From an uncultured virus (IMG/VR IMGVR_UViG_3300013004_000029) (taxonomy: Duplodnaviria > Heunggongvirae > Uroviricota > Caudoviricetes): DNA of 64,000 nt. Under the pieces are notes generated by a model. That model was given only the letters and a program-made list of their open reading frames with translations, ran no database searches and was not told the DNA's origin. The stretch lies in the IMG/VR virus record IMGVR_UViG_3300013004_000029. One strand, 5' to 3'. Numbering within the stretch: the first letter of the stretch is position 1; every line of letters starts with the position of its first letter. Positions 37,001-44,281 of the stretch are shown here, piece by piece. Made by a program: the position numbers and the translations under genes.

Positions 37001-37202
37001 AATTGATCTGCTTTAGTGTGGAATCTAGTGCTTTTAGCGAACTATTGAGTCCAGAAGCAGCCGAGGCTACAGTTGGACTAATTTGAATATTAACATTTCC
37101 ATTAACTGTACCAAGTTGTTTGCGTAAATTAGATATAACTGGCTTGAGATTATTTGGTCCAGTAATATTTAATTGTGCTGTGAGATTAAAAGCTGCCATC
37201 AA
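25050..37202 (-). CDS. Giant tape measure protein (4050 aa) with embedded cargo domains (polyvalent TMP)
   Basis: N-terminal TP901-type TMP core (FNSQLVQLSQVTG...IATGLRTIFTRI); two GE[FM]V..GL..LN motifs; internal P-loop, HIGH-type NTase and GNAT motifs; Gly-zipper hydrophobic segments; lies after the tail tube and chaperones. Confidence 0.9.
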   Translation of the reverse strand: MMAAFNLTAQLNITGPNNLKPVISNLRKQLGTVNGNVNIQISPTVASAASGLNSSLKALDSTLKQINSSASSASSAFRQLGTAIRSVDVRSVPKDIAAVTQQSQRLQSQQAKTTASITDSSNSMVEFGKQSALAIRRFAAFSLVTGVIFKFTNALGQASSEFIKFNSQLVQLSQVTGTSLKGLEGLEQTITALSTSLGVSSSSLIDVSSTLAQAGLSANETEEALKALAKSVLAPSFGNLNETVEGSIALMRQFSISTAQLEAALGSINSVAAKFAVEADDIIVAIQRTGGVFAAASKGVVENSEALNQFIALFTSVRATTRESAETIATGLRTIFTRIQRKDTIDLLKQYGIELTDLEGKFVGPYEAVKRLSRGLAGLDTRDIRFSSIIEELGGFRQVGKVIPLLQQFSTAERALMTAQRGQGSLTADAAKAQQALAIQMAKVQQEFIALVRSIGSSNQFQTMVKVALDLASALISVADASKHAMPAIAGLLAVKGTIGAFRFASGFASGMRRGGGGPGGGPGTRMSGAPRGYAQGGQVPVALEAGEMVFVGESAKKAGYGNLRRLNRAGDRPNSSVALNRAGGGGIFMVPGSGRGDNFRTTLPEGSFVIKRKSVRAIGAENIAQMASNGGAIRYALGGKIQRLSSGTDKPVKVGKTNASGSVFMHLDPGPIIKDLFGRGSRNARGLTNIGITLGKEGPVWNQLLKKNNANISKEQFLSLIQGTSPEELFSQQLQISRNGKKVRPGAGTFRGGTSSEAYNLLSDPKVLSNLKDALLASASKLRYPIRGDKDLFPLGKAMIDAAPAVLKKGFSEIREIVYTDTEKGRKRRAEAVKQAAEKGEKVKRTTSEVRKRYTDSMRKRAETGDLRVVYQRGGKGRRYHAIGGLIQRLSGGSDKPLQNMGRSELIAESKKLGINFGSIASWSDLGNRGDIGSQARSKLIAQLEEARTLRKTSQAETSVRAKRTNVAVIGAMAPAGIRGSSTEVMIPGARDRKTGRRIKDTPATLHIGALEGKTAARVTAVIRNQTARITQKVMKIIAQEAGMILPKDNVSKLKRKPIHSGIAGGLLEQAILGLMGIDKPLGSIDLGASGLSPELAKVFGIPQAAGVPTDITYGGEGGRTLAEAAKRKAVGKSRNSKGQRTSSQIGRGLASLRASQNRAMGGIIQKFANGGKLSRSTYKLVPNEKGVGASPFGSTKSNRLGQEFFDLLNRSGLPKWEHNQVLDFLKTNQYNLQEAKAYIQKRTEERSRKLSLKTNVTSLTDSLRTTTGPTPRQLELAQQLKRYGGGEIPFQPDQFFAKGGGIKSKQPAVRNVGWIDSDFLRNSPKAKAEMERLGVNLDEYKRILTEEAIKARKSGGLSRLTTVVGSPGSGKSSFAEGNQRTQISDNATLRKTNRFPIETLGDVSKANSIIDTAASVSPDRLVDLNHSDRVIALSSSTKEEQKILKKQLRHRTATGEKQYGRTHTITAQDSGETEAMLQMGLRDKSKLVTLGLLPNFKKRIKRQNELPIVKEEQISLGFGSFSPPTKAGHDQGLMSNAKHKKLVLVGPNEPVGTDIHSARTALLPQEFRHKLAQKAFPDAYVSKKTSGFAIPHVFDVGKDPETGRRLFIRRAKGSEALVAGKDEKSLKKYQEAGFGVREVPRDPNGESGTAARERILRGDFSGFHPEVEKDLKSRAGQLANRQQILPRIIDKTQSRTNKQVSEIEKALTAYPSRITEKIRTEQPGIVEAIESLRAKKTSLKSKAGSRPHLVLARLARRYPERYGLAQGGMPPKPQKQFGKIGLRSSGHEITAFYFKNNVREGFVTAKEIEKGIWNIGLSKATKGYGPRLYDAVMEAVTARGGVLTSHRGKVSQHAKKVWDTYANERSQPNNKYGSQVTKIPLDAKHHTIDKDPNSSLNYGYQQQPNIIKGSDIVDMNDEKYTPFLKHMQFEFLKANGGPIQRFAGGSLRPIRRKPVVAQTSRTQSSGGELLAIQSQIDDLNARRQVLASHTKTSFFGSKQNPYQTEIHKLEDEIDRLSQRKYRLSQQSTPPSAKPITSTSKPALVTATRPSTPIQTKQAAIQSKVSPKPGSITVVLNRQQKLELKDTIKRLDKEIQDAESGIQTFRSHDIKPGFFGKLTGQSVKNPYQQQIWEAEERKTRAETQKRRLLEQYGSQLNESRSFAIGGEIPIMAQEGEFVINKHAAGQIGHHTLRKLNRGGKVAAQTLAKLPKYHSGGSVQKLAAGGVIDQALSGMSPRDAAKLRASIQANSAAFEKLEKGVEKWPINDVQAAMKKLARTIEKGGSEIDLKPLKHITSSTDTIKKNDKDKAEFEKNAKKAAVKSGASATEASKIAKEETAVKFASKQQKIEKWKSDNGLVTAKQEKKERVGPTPYGPASPKSREITSSANFEANRAKTVQDLQDFEKNKYQEARKSGKTATEAKTYARNEVLERTKTLAKPMSKKEEKLVAGQAYGRAREAGASKEEAQRSASQALEQAKQNRKSQSQGAAIYAGAVSTGQDPHKALANAGRGDITVAPQKKNYIERNNARAEQYSTTATKFKNKASSMAAGGTSGSAILATANKAFAPIVAGASKVAGGMARLHSGAASLAGGLSKASGGVGSFAATLRSNPTKALSQAVGGAVNSIIKLAKGADSAVGSLMGMKKVDIGGGKQGWRSTGNGIMGRVGGFFGMGGGGGQMGDDGVTRGPDGKRKRGFGKGGRGGGGGGMGGMGMYAAEMGISMLGSAGVEYFSKAAGGDKSKEGRQISTIGGSAVSGASMGMMMGSAFGPLGMAAGAAIGGIGGALYGQSQMPEIERQAASQKRMETIDKARGKMSQDLSIAANTQAPEKTRKEAEARAQANFTTIASASREEAVAGAKKKERTWAEWSAGVGPSSAKTVDERVESAQPAADAAKEMLMAKMQKTGKTLEELESSMPRSEFNQLSESIALTDKGYQSLLEAVYADGKVTDAEAKTLESARKAAMERQGADLKAAGEAAKLAKENAKASKAAQKVSTSFERMADALNSAAAKADKIMENGKLGIEAIDNPSAALQQGQISKSADILSNPNAYSINEVEQAARQNAGMAGSSSEAMVQSAVLPRKLEQSFGSAVKEATASGKDDSETRSSVKDAMNKTVEQAFGPDISASMKEKISTFVDGFEGDISQLDFNDLLKAVPELADKIAASGKVMEALKAQAQTAANAIAMMSDAAQKGASKDQEVRNNNADTFSTIANSTLAFRRGTGEKISWQADAAVRTQSRAMRLGTTPDVAASPKAMLNRYNQLKTATNQAAENQQQVNEASRPALMSGDPNAVKGATGAMAAAANATAQFAQSTKQARDEIMALPNDIKDNISGIMQELQDVMQERAAKLGAAGGFMEKVLTSTPQDLKKMGNTFNNLNRTLSGKGVSFQESYSANKAYNQVRNQGGSHQQAQRAAQEAYAQESGDTISMAKELAPLLGAVDPDAQSKMMGSVYESMFAARGIDTSQMKIGDKSMKDYIDMMKKGAKEDPKVKALQDALAGQQAALKEAAATANTVLMNEKEEIIAKTGVVIEDAMIKGAEAVKKAMEEAKIAGITAPGEVGKDKPGDPGKPALTPEETKERVAKNKAEIEEAKKARASAVTDEDKQKAERTIREKEQENAVLTGDAKGKKHLTASASGMNYEEHALPGESEEDFAKRKQSLIEMVDGVPPSKPSTPTTPTQNAAANQAATPTPTTAANTNGSASSPPRRTAVDNSDPNVAYSGVPGAVSKPDDFTTGNAQTPAQQRQAIAASAPKPGVQRPTVYGSSNVDMFGNTQITDPSQAAAQSYANLQTEQQVAGMVGEAATNMANVNNAPPTQAITPTQQQQPSRPGPMGLQNVHKEAYIRGMSAEEVRSERQQQYLSRLNPETRARMEKKLGVTYQPQGVQAGAAAGMAGQVPPSAPSVPQGTGETLPPQIPQPRQGSGAYTPPASSGAPVSAPRAVPTSSGQQNQGAGVLNTSGLEAFAGKLDSLLTQLAAVNIPTEIRLTSENLGVNVTLNGGEVMANLPEQLKNTILAQAGEQLKNYDRNGSGEGTASKPGVIPGKNIA

Positions 37203-37220
37203 ATAATCCTATAAATTAGT

Positions 37221-37258
37221 AAATAAAAAACCGACCCAAACATAATTCGAGTCGGTTT
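37221..37258 (-). terminator. Putative intrinsic terminator/attenuator just upstream of the TMP start
   Basis: Minus strand AAACCGACTCGAA-TTATG-TTTGGGTCGGTTT followed by TTTATTT. Confidence 0.6.
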
Positions 37259-37294
37259 AATATGAGGGTTATAATAACAGACAACAAAATACTA

Positions 37295-38173
37295 TCAAGC
37301 TTCACTATTTGGCTTTGATTCAGCAGATTCCTCTTTTGCTGATGGAGAAGGTTGCGGTTGTTCTGCTTCATCTTTTGTTTCTTCTAAAATGGGTTTTCCG
37401 TCGTCATCTAAAAATGGTTTGAATTCAACAATATAATTACCTTCGATATCTACTCTATTGCCAAACTTATCAACGAATTCTCCTTTTTCATTAATAAATC
37501 TTCCATTCTCATCGATTAGTCTGCCTTCTTCATCTACTAATCTTCCTTGTTTGTCTATTAGTCTTAACTTATCATCAACAAATTTATACTTCTTTAAAAA
37601 TTTGTTTTCTGGTAAGTTGCTTTCATAATCACTATCCAACCCATATAACATATTAGCCAAATTTTGAGCACCTAAGATTGCAACTGATTCGTTACCTCTA
37701 TTTAGGTAATCTTCCATATTCTTAAATACCGGCTCTTTAGTATCATTATACACCACGCATACAGAGACTAGATAATTAAACTTAGCATTATCAGCCTGTC
37801 CTTCTGCGCTATGGTTATCAAGAGATGATCTAGCTCCAATTAAGTCTCTAATATCTTCTCTAACACCTTTCATATCCATTGCTATATTTTTGGCTTCCTT
37901 TAGTGAAATACCACCGAGGGCCAATCGTCGTTCCGAGTCTAATAGTTTTTGCTGTAATTCGGTCAACCTAGCTTGCTTTTCATTATTCCATAATCCTTGT
38001 TCGGTTAGAACATCATCCATTTTTGCTCTAACTACGGCCTTCGACTTGATAGCGTCTGTGAAGGTTTGATTATAAATCTTTTGTCCTTCTCTTTGGTCTT
38101 GAAGGCTAGGACTTCTAACCAAAATTTCTCTTTCCTTTGAATCTATAGTTGTTTTAAAAGTTCTGCCTGTCAT
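37295..38173 (-). CDS. Putative tail assembly chaperone with C-terminal (hydrophobic)-D-x-x-G repeats
   Basis: Position between tail tube and TMP; LIDKQGRLVDEEGRLIDENGRFINEKGEFVDKFGNRVDIEG. Confidence 0.5.
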   Translation of the reverse strand: MTGRTFKTTIDSKEREILVRSPSLQDQREGQKIYNQTFTDAIKSKAVVRAKMDDVLTEQGLWNNEKQARLTELQQKLLDSERRLALGGISLKEAKNIAMDMKGVREDIRDLIGARSSLDNHSAEGQADNAKFNYLVSVCVVYNDTKEPVFKNMEDYLNRGNESVAILGAQNLANMLYGLDSDYESNLPENKFLKKYKFVDDKLRLIDKQGRLVDEEGRLIDENGRFINEKGEFVDKFGNRVDIEGNYIVEFKPFLDDDGKPILEETKDEAEQPQPSPSAKEESAESKPNSEA

Positions 38174-38175
38174 AT

Positions 38176-38490
38176 TTATTCTCCTTTGTCCTGTCTGTTA
38201 TTATTAAAATAAAACTTATAATGATACTTATAACCCTTCTCTTTATTGTAGAGATACTCTTCCAACTCGTCCAGTGCGGATCTCAATTGATGATTACCAT
38301 TATTGAGTATATTATTACGTGTTTGTTGCCAAATTTTAAAATAGGCCCTAGCATTTTCTGTGTCATCTTCCCATAGATAACCAAATGATTCTTCGAATTT
38401 AGCCAAAGCGCCTATCATTGTTGTTTGGAATCTCTTAGAGATATTATGTATTAAATCATCTAGATCTTCATCTTTTCTATTATTTTTCAT
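38176..38490 (-). CDS. Hypothetical protein (tail module)
   Basis: 104-aa ORF tightly packed in the operon. Confidence 0.6.
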   Translation of the reverse strand: MKNNRKDEDLDDLIHNISKRFQTTMIGALAKFEESFGYLWEDDTENARAYFKIWQQTRNNILNNGNHQLRSALDELEEYLYNKEKGYKYHYKFYFNNNRQDKGE

Positions 38491-38493
38491 ATA

Positions 38494-39528
38494 TTATTTC
38501 CTATAATTAGCAGCCTTTTGTCTAAGCTGATTATCTATATCAGCTTTTACGTCTGGCAAATCGAATTCTTGAACTTCTCCATGTTGCTGTACAGACCTTA
38601 TCCTACTATCAATAATTGATTTCGAATAATCGTCGTTAAGATCAGACACCCTTTCTAAATCCTCTTGATTATTAGCCATTATAAAAACTTCCTGAGCATT
38701 CTTGTGAACTTTTGTAGCGGCTTCTTTTGTCTTATCCTTCTTTATTTTTTCTTTTTGATATAAAATCCATCCGTCCAACATATCGTCATCTTCAATAACA
38801 AAATCCTCAGGACAATCTGTGTGATCATACACCGAATCATACATAATTGAAAAATTAATTAAACCTCTTTGATCATCCGATAGATATGCTCCGCCCTTTA
38901 CTCCAAAAGGATTTTTTTTATCACAATTCCACATTGATCTCCATAAACCACTTCTAGCTATCGCCCTTAATTGTTCTACCGTTATAATTTTATCATTACT
39001 AGTATTCACTAATGAATTGAATAAAATATATGAATTATTACTATTAAATTTAAATACTTTTTTATTGTTGTTATCATATAAACAATTGCATAGTATATAT
39101 TCATTTTTTATACTACTAGCATACCCCTCCAATGTATTCTGGTACAAATCATTTCTTTGCATCAATATTTTACCTAACTGATTATTGAGTTGAGACAAGT
39201 TTTTTCTTACGCTTTTAAGCATTTTAGAATTTAATCTATTTTCATACAAGCTAATTTTAGTTTTATCTATCTTTTTTTCTAATTCTTTAATTAAACTTTC
39301 AGTATTAATATTCCAATATCCATAAGCAATAAGTAAATTAGTTAGGTTTTGTTCTCTAAGCCAAGTTTCAAATCTTTCGTCTTCTATAATCTCAAAATAT
39401 ATCTCCATAGCACGTTGCTTAATCTCATAAGACGGACTATGAAGACAGTATTTATTGTTATTAAATACGAAATATGTTTTTCCTGATATTATTCTATATA
39501 AGTCGTACTCAAGATCCTGTTTGGTCAT
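38494..39528 (-). CDS. Hypothetical protein, possible tail assembly chaperone
   Basis: 344-aa helical ORF between tail tube and TMP. Confidence 0.5.
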   Translation of the reverse strand: MTKQDLEYDLYRIISGKTYFVFNNNKYCLHSPSYEIKQRAMEIYFEIIEDERFETWLREQNLTNLLIAYGYWNINTESLIKELEKKIDKTKISLYENRLNSKMLKSVRKNLSQLNNQLGKILMQRNDLYQNTLEGYASSIKNEYILCNCLYDNNNKKVFKFNSNNSYILFNSLVNTSNDKIITVEQLRAIARSGLWRSMWNCDKKNPFGVKGGAYLSDDQRGLINFSIMYDSVYDHTDCPEDFVIEDDDMLDGWILYQKEKIKKDKTKEAATKVHKNAQEVFIMANNQEDLERVSDLNDDYSKSIIDSRIRSVQQHGEVQEFDLPDVKADIDNQLRQKAANYRK

Positions 39529-39661
39529 GTTTGACCTGTTTTCTTAGTTCTGAAATCTCTTTATCTTTATTTTTAATTTGTTCCTGTAATACATCCAGCA
39601 ATTTTTGAGAATGATAAAGATCCGCGTAAAGTCTTCCTATAATATTAAATAATTCATCCAT
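39509..39661 (-). CDS. Small coiled-coil protein (50 aa, not in ORF track)
   Basis: Hand translation MDELFNIIGRLYADLYHSQKLLDVLQEQIKNKDKEISELRKQVKHDQTGS*, preceded by GAGG RBS. Confidence 0.65.
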   Translation of the reverse strand: MDELFNIIGRLYADLYHSQKLLDVLQEQIKNKDKEISELRKQVKHDQTGS

Positions 39662-39691
39662 TTTTATTCCTCTATTTTAGTTCCTATATAT

Positions 39692-39723
39692 AAAACCAAA
39701 AGGCGGCAATGAGCCGCCAATTG
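39692..39723 (-). terminator. Hairpin/terminator after the tail tube gene
   Basis: Minus strand GGCGGC-TCATT-GCCGCC-TTTTGGTTTT. Confidence 0.6.
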
Positions 39724-39759
39724 GATATTATATAATAATCTCTATTCTAATACTGTCAA

Positions 39760-40932
39760 TTAGAATGTAATACTAGGATCAGAAGCGTAACTTCCAGCAC
39801 CATCTAGTTGTAGATAGTTATAGTTTTGGAAGCTGTATGTTAGTGTAACATTACCGCCGCCAGTATCACCACCACTATAATTGACAGAAGTTACTCTGTT
39901 CTTTGTACCAAGATCAATGGTTAAGCTATCGCTATTTGTAGCACCGCAAAGCTTAACTTTAATTTCTTGATCTCTATAACCGCCGTCAATCTTGCCTTGA
40001 TCAATATCACCAGCAGATAGTGGATCAGGAGATCCATCTGAGCTAATATCATATACTGAGTCAGAAGCACAAGCATATCCAGCGTAGTTCTTGAAGTCAT
40101 ATCCGCTGATAACGATTGCTTGATCATTACCTGTAACACCGTCAGCATTACTACGATGTCTACCAGCAATAACTTCGAATTCACTGGTAACTTCGAATGG
40201 GAAGGTTGCATAACGACAATACTTTCCACGAGTTCCAAGTTCTTGAATAACTTCACGACCAATAGACATTGTAACACTAACACTTTGTAGAGGATAGTCT
40301 TTAACACCTAATGGTAGGGTGCTGTTTGTCTTATCAAGAGTCCATCTCTGATAAGAAGAAGCGGCTGTACCACTACCGATAACATGTCTATCGGCACCAA
40401 GATTAGCGGCGATTGGATTACTACTACCTAGCCACTTTCTTGTATCTCCAACTAGAGTTAACTGTTCTGTAGCAACACCGTCTAATGGTAATTGGATCTG
40501 AACATTAGAGACATACATACCACTGCAATAAACAGCTGCCTGAGTATTACCACTAGCATAAGGAACAGCTTCAGAATAAACACCTAAAGCAATTTCAACA
40601 GCATTTGAAGCTAGTTCTGCTGGAGCTTTGTTATTAGCATTAGCATGTCCACCATTTACTGTTGTATATAGTGGCTGAGTGCCGTCGATAGCTTTACTAA
40701 TAGTGCATTCGACCTGAGGACTTTGGCTTTCCATACGGCCATAAACTTCGGTTTGACCTAGCTGGAACATTGGTTCAAAAGCAACACTTGTTGAGAAACC
40801 AACGCTCTGAATGCCTTGTGGAACTGTCCAATCTCCGGTTGTTGTTATTTCGGTGCCGTCATTATTAAAACCACTAACATATGTTGGTCTCACAGCTAGG
40901 GCACTAGATCCGAAAAATATACGTTTGGCCAT
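39760..40932 (-). CDS. Major tail tube protein (putative)
   Basis: Duplicated tube-type motifs (IQSVGFSTSVAFEPMFQLGQ / LQSVSVTMSIGREVIQELG), GGAG RBS, followed by a terminator, position after the neck genes. Confidence 0.7.
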   Translation of the reverse strand: MAKRIFFGSSALAVRPTYVSGFNNDGTEITTTGDWTVPQGIQSVGFSTSVAFEPMFQLGQTEVYGRMESQSPQVECTISKAIDGTQPLYTTVNGGHANANNKAPAELASNAVEIALGVYSEAVPYASGNTQAAVYCSGMYVSNVQIQLPLDGVATEQLTLVGDTRKWLGSSNPIAANLGADRHVIGSGTAASSYQRWTLDKTNSTLPLGVKDYPLQSVSVTMSIGREVIQELGTRGKYCRYATFPFEVTSEFEVIAGRHRSNADGVTGNDQAIVISGYDFKNYAGYACASDSVYDISSDGSPDPLSAGDIDQGKIDGGYRDQEIKVKLCGATNSDSLTIDLGTKNRVTSVNYSGGDTGGGNVTLTYSFQNYNYLQLDGAGSYASDPSITF

Positions 40933-40988
40933 TGTATTGTCTCCATTTTAGAATGAAATAGGTGTTCTTGTTTAATTACACCAAATTT

Positions 40989-41981
40989 TTAGTACCAGGG
41001 GAAAATTTCTAACTTATATCTTAGACTACCAATAAAGGTATTTTGACCATAATTATGAAGGTCTATCACATCAGCTTTCTTGATATACACCACAGTTAAT
41101 TTATAAGTATTATCTTGTACCAAATCGCTATAAGATAAACCGCTAGGATTAATTGACCCATCATAATTTAATGGATAAACTTGATCATTAACTACCTTAT
41201 TAATATCATACAAATAAATAGGACGATCTTTTTGAGGAATTAATATGTCCAAAATAATTGATCTGTCAGAATATGTTTCTGTTAAAATATGAAGCATAAT
41301 GTCTTGGTATACTATATTCCTGGTTGACCCTATTTCATAGGGCTTCATATCCATTCCGGGTAAAAACTCCAATACTATAGCTGGCATTTGTACTCTATGA
41401 TTAGACGTTATTTGTTTAATATTGTTGAATTTAGTCGGATCATATGAGTATTGTTGCAGTTCCTTAAACCATGCTGATTCATTTGACTTGTAAACCTGAA
41501 CATTTCTGTAAGAATGCTCTATTTGAACAATAGAACTTGCAGCAACGGGTTGTTCAAATTGAACCCTGCCCATAGGATAATTTAAAGAGTATGTGTGGGG
41601 TGGTGTTCCTTGTGGCCCAGGATAAAAAAGGCCATTAATATAAATTCCAGATATATTTATGGGCGATGCTTGTGTATATGTGGAACAATCTTCCCAAACC
41701 CAATCTTTTCTATTGGTCTCCCAAGCAATGCCGCTAGGTAGAGCAGGATCACTAACAGGATTCAGTCTACTCATATCTCCACCGTACAGCGTATTGGTAG
41801 GTTTATTAATATTGGTAAATGCTCCTATATTTAAAAATGCTGTATCAAGAAATGATTTAAAATTATCTTCTAATTGAGATAATACAGAATATTTAGCATA
41901 TTTATCTATATGAAAAAAATGAGTATAGTCCTGATACTGACAGCATTCGCAGTTTGTTGGTGTTGGTGATGGGGTAGTCAT
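40989..41981 (-). CDS. Putative tail terminator / neck protein
   Basis: Position just before the tail tube; RVQMPAIVLE...YEIG motif. Confidence 0.5.
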   Translation of the reverse strand: MTTPSPTPTNCECCQYQDYTHFFHIDKYAKYSVLSQLEDNFKSFLDTAFLNIGAFTNINKPTNTLYGGDMSRLNPVSDPALPSGIAWETNRKDWVWEDCSTYTQASPINISGIYINGLFYPGPQGTPPHTYSLNYPMGRVQFEQPVAASSIVQIEHSYRNVQVYKSNESAWFKELQQYSYDPTKFNNIKQITSNHRVQMPAIVLEFLPGMDMKPYEIGSTRNIVYQDIMLHILTETYSDRSIILDILIPQKDRPIYLYDINKVVNDQVYPLNYDGSINPSGLSYSDLVQDNTYKLTVVYIKKADVIDLHNYGQNTFIGSLRYKLEIFPWY

Positions 41982-41989
41982 GTGGTTAC

Positions 41990-42637
41990 CTATTCATTAA
42001 AAATGCTAATGATTTGTTTTTCTATTTTGTCTTCATTTTTATCAATAGCCCTAGTCATCCAATTGTTATTGATGCTACCAGCAAATTCACTAGGTACTCT
42101 CCAATTTTTATTGCTTTCCACCATAATTGCCATACCACTTCTGGAGAATGGATTTTGACCAATACGAACACTATAGTTTTTAACTATTGGTTCTGTTCCC
42201 TTAAATAACAACCATTCCAGCCAAGGAAGAGCATATCCTCCTTTAGCGTCAACAACAAAAGCATCAGAAGAACTTATAGCCGGTTCTCCATCCTTGCTTA
42301 AAGCAGTTAATTTTAATTTAATAGAAATACCCCTATTATTAATAACAGATTGTTCGGTACTGATACTGACTGTGTTTGCAAGTATCTCTACTACTGTATC
42401 GATATTAACTTCATTGGGTAATCCAAATTCATACTTTAAACGTCCAGACATTAATGATTGATATTCTGGTTCATTCTTAAGCATGTCTGTGATACTTTCT
42501 CTTAAAGCTATTTCTATTTTTGGTATTCGTTTTTTAATGAATTCATCAACTTGAGGCTTTAATGCCTTTAGTATATTGCTAGCTATCTGAGAATCACTCT
42601 CTAATATTTTTAATTGAATATTCATTGTCTTTGCCAA
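41990..42637 (-). CDS. Putative neck/tail completion protein
   Basis: Synteny; PWLEWLL...NWMTRAI. Confidence 0.45.
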   Translation of the reverse strand: MAKTMNIQLKILESDSQIASNILKALKPQVDEFIKKRIPKIEIALRESITDMLKNEPEYQSLMSGRLKYEFGLPNEVNIDTVVEILANTVSISTEQSVINNRGISIKLKLTALSKDGEPAISSSDAFVVDAKGGYALPWLEWLLFKGTEPIVKNYSVRIGQNPFSRSGMAIMVESNKNWRVPSEFAGSINNNWMTRAIDKNEDKIEKQIISIFNE

Positions 42638-43128
42638 AGTGTCAAGATATAGTTTGTATCACCAAGACCTGCTGGTTGTGGTTCTGTTAATCTTGTGTAA
42701 TTAAATAAGTTAGAATTAACATCAATACTAATTTGTGATGTATTTTTAAGTTTGGCAATGAATGCTGACGAGCATATGGTTTGTATGACTCCATCTGGGA
42801 TCCTGATTGTATCTGAACCCCATTTCATAAAATATTTACTATCAAATATTACCGCCATATGTACCGTCTCTTCGGAATCAGATTGTGTTAATCCTCTTCC
42901 TGAACAAACTGGACAAATTTGGCCATCTCCAAACGGAACACTTCCTGACATCTTAAACTTATTTGCTGACCTCTTGGAGATAGGGTCAAAGATGCAATTA
43001 GAACACAGGGTTTGACTTGTGCCAGAGTATTTTAACTTACATGGTATGCTGAGAGCACCCTCTTTTAAAATGGAATCTATAGCATCATTATATAGTGCTT
43101 TGAGTTCGGATGTAATAAGATCTGCCAT
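42622..43128 (-). CDS. Putative head closure protein with CxxC motifs
   Basis: Synteny; CSNC...CPVCSGRG. Confidence 0.5.
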   Translation of the reverse strand: MADLITSELKALYNDAIDSILKEGALSIPCKLKYSGTSQTLCSNCIFDPISKRSANKFKMSGSVPFGDGQICPVCSGRGLTQSDSEETVHMAVIFDSKYFMKWGSDTIRIPDGVIQTICSSAFIAKLKNTSQISIDVNSNLFNYTRLTEPQPAGLGDTNYILTLWQRQ

Positions 43129-43153
43129 ATATAATCCTTATTAAATGAATATA

Positions 43154-44071
43154 CTATGATACACCGATATATAACCCATTGGTCTGTTTATCATATCTTT
43201 TGAAGTAGTTGTCATATTGCTTCATATATGTCCAATTGATAACTATAGATTCGTCATCATTAATAACAGGATATAAGTAACCAAAAATAAAAGCTTTTTT
43301 AGATTTAGTATAACAATAATTATTGTAACATTTATATAAACTAAATGTTGACTGAGTTAATTTATTATAGATAGTAATATATGGCTTTTGTTGAATATGT
43401 CCTATCTGTAGATTTTCATTAGAAACTATCTGTCCAAATATTCTTTCTAGTGAATGACAATAAGTGGCATTGTATGAATCAGAAACTTTTCCAGTCTCTA
43501 ATAATGGGTATATAGCATCTATAAAATTTTTCGTAAAATACTTTTTAAATAATTCAGTTCTAGACATAAACATACTACCAGCCATAAAACGTTTTTTGGT
43601 GGTAGATATATTTAGTAATTTTGCCAATATATCAATATATAATTTATTTTTACCAATATTTGTCATTATGAGAGTAGGATCTGTAATAGCTCCAATATTC
43701 TTATTGTTATGTAATAAAGATGTATTTTTTTCTAGTATCTCTTTAGAACCTATTAAACTATTAAATAGTATATATTTCCAGTCAAATTTAGCTATTATAG
43801 ATTTTTTGCTATGAATTTTTATAAAATACGGATATTTATCTTCGTCCAAATCCTGTATTTGAAGAAGGAATGGTCCTATGTCTCCTCCTCTATTTTCTAC
43901 ATAACGTATATTAATAATATTTAATTGCTTTAAATCATTAATTATTTTTGAATTATCATTATCTGAGCATAATGCTATATCAATATGAATATCATCTTTT
44001 ATAGATAACAATAGGGGAAATATATCTTCCCATATGTCTGTATAAAAAATATAGATTAATACTGCGACCAT
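43154..44071 (-). CDS. Rhamnan synthesis F (RgpF)-like putative glycosyltransferase
   Basis: Motifs IYIFYTDIW, VENRGGDIGPFL, FIKIHSKKS, FMAGSMF, CHSLERIFG are typical of the RgpF family. Confidence 0.8.
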   Translation of the reverse strand: MVAVLIYIFYTDIWEDIFPLLLSIKDDIHIDIALCSDNDNSKIINDLKQLNIINIRYVENRGGDIGPFLLQIQDLDEDKYPYFIKIHSKKSIIAKFDWKYILFNSLIGSKEILEKNTSLLHNNKNIGAITDPTLIMTNIGKNKLYIDILAKLLNISTTKKRFMAGSMFMSRTELFKKYFTKNFIDAIYPLLETGKVSDSYNATYCHSLERIFGQIVSNENLQIGHIQQKPYITIYNKLTQSTFSLYKCYNNYCYTKSKKAFIFGYLYPVINDDESIVINWTYMKQYDNYFKRYDKQTNGLYIGVS

Positions 44072-44277
44072 TATTCCTGTTTTATTGCTTGTGCTACTTG
44101 TTGTTGTTGCACTAAAGAGATGTCCTTGGTTTTATAAGATGATGTTAGATTTTCTATCGGTCTAGAGATAATAGTAACTGTTTTGTTAACCGTGTCTGTA
44201 CTTGCAGCATAATTACTGTAGTATATTTCTGTTTTTAAATTAAAAAATTCTAGATTAATATTACTGATTTTTGTCAT
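44071..44277 (-). CDS. Small hypothetical protein
   Basis: MTKISNINLEF... start at 44277 just after the upstream stop; the track start at 44325 overlaps the upstream gene. Confidence 0.5.
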   Translation of the reverse strand: MTKISNINLEFFNLKTEIYYSNYAASTDTVNKTVTIISRPIENLTSSYKTKDISLVQQQQVAQAIKQE

Positions 44278-44281
44278 TTGA

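Noticed and set aside
25050..37202. Intein or mobile insertion as the cause of the TMP size
   Set aside because: No C/S...HN-C/S/T intein ends, LAGLIDADG motifs or transposase recognised.
37295..39528. Programmed frameshift in the tail assembly chaperones
   Set aside because: I could not identify a convincing slippery site with an overlapping open frame by eye.
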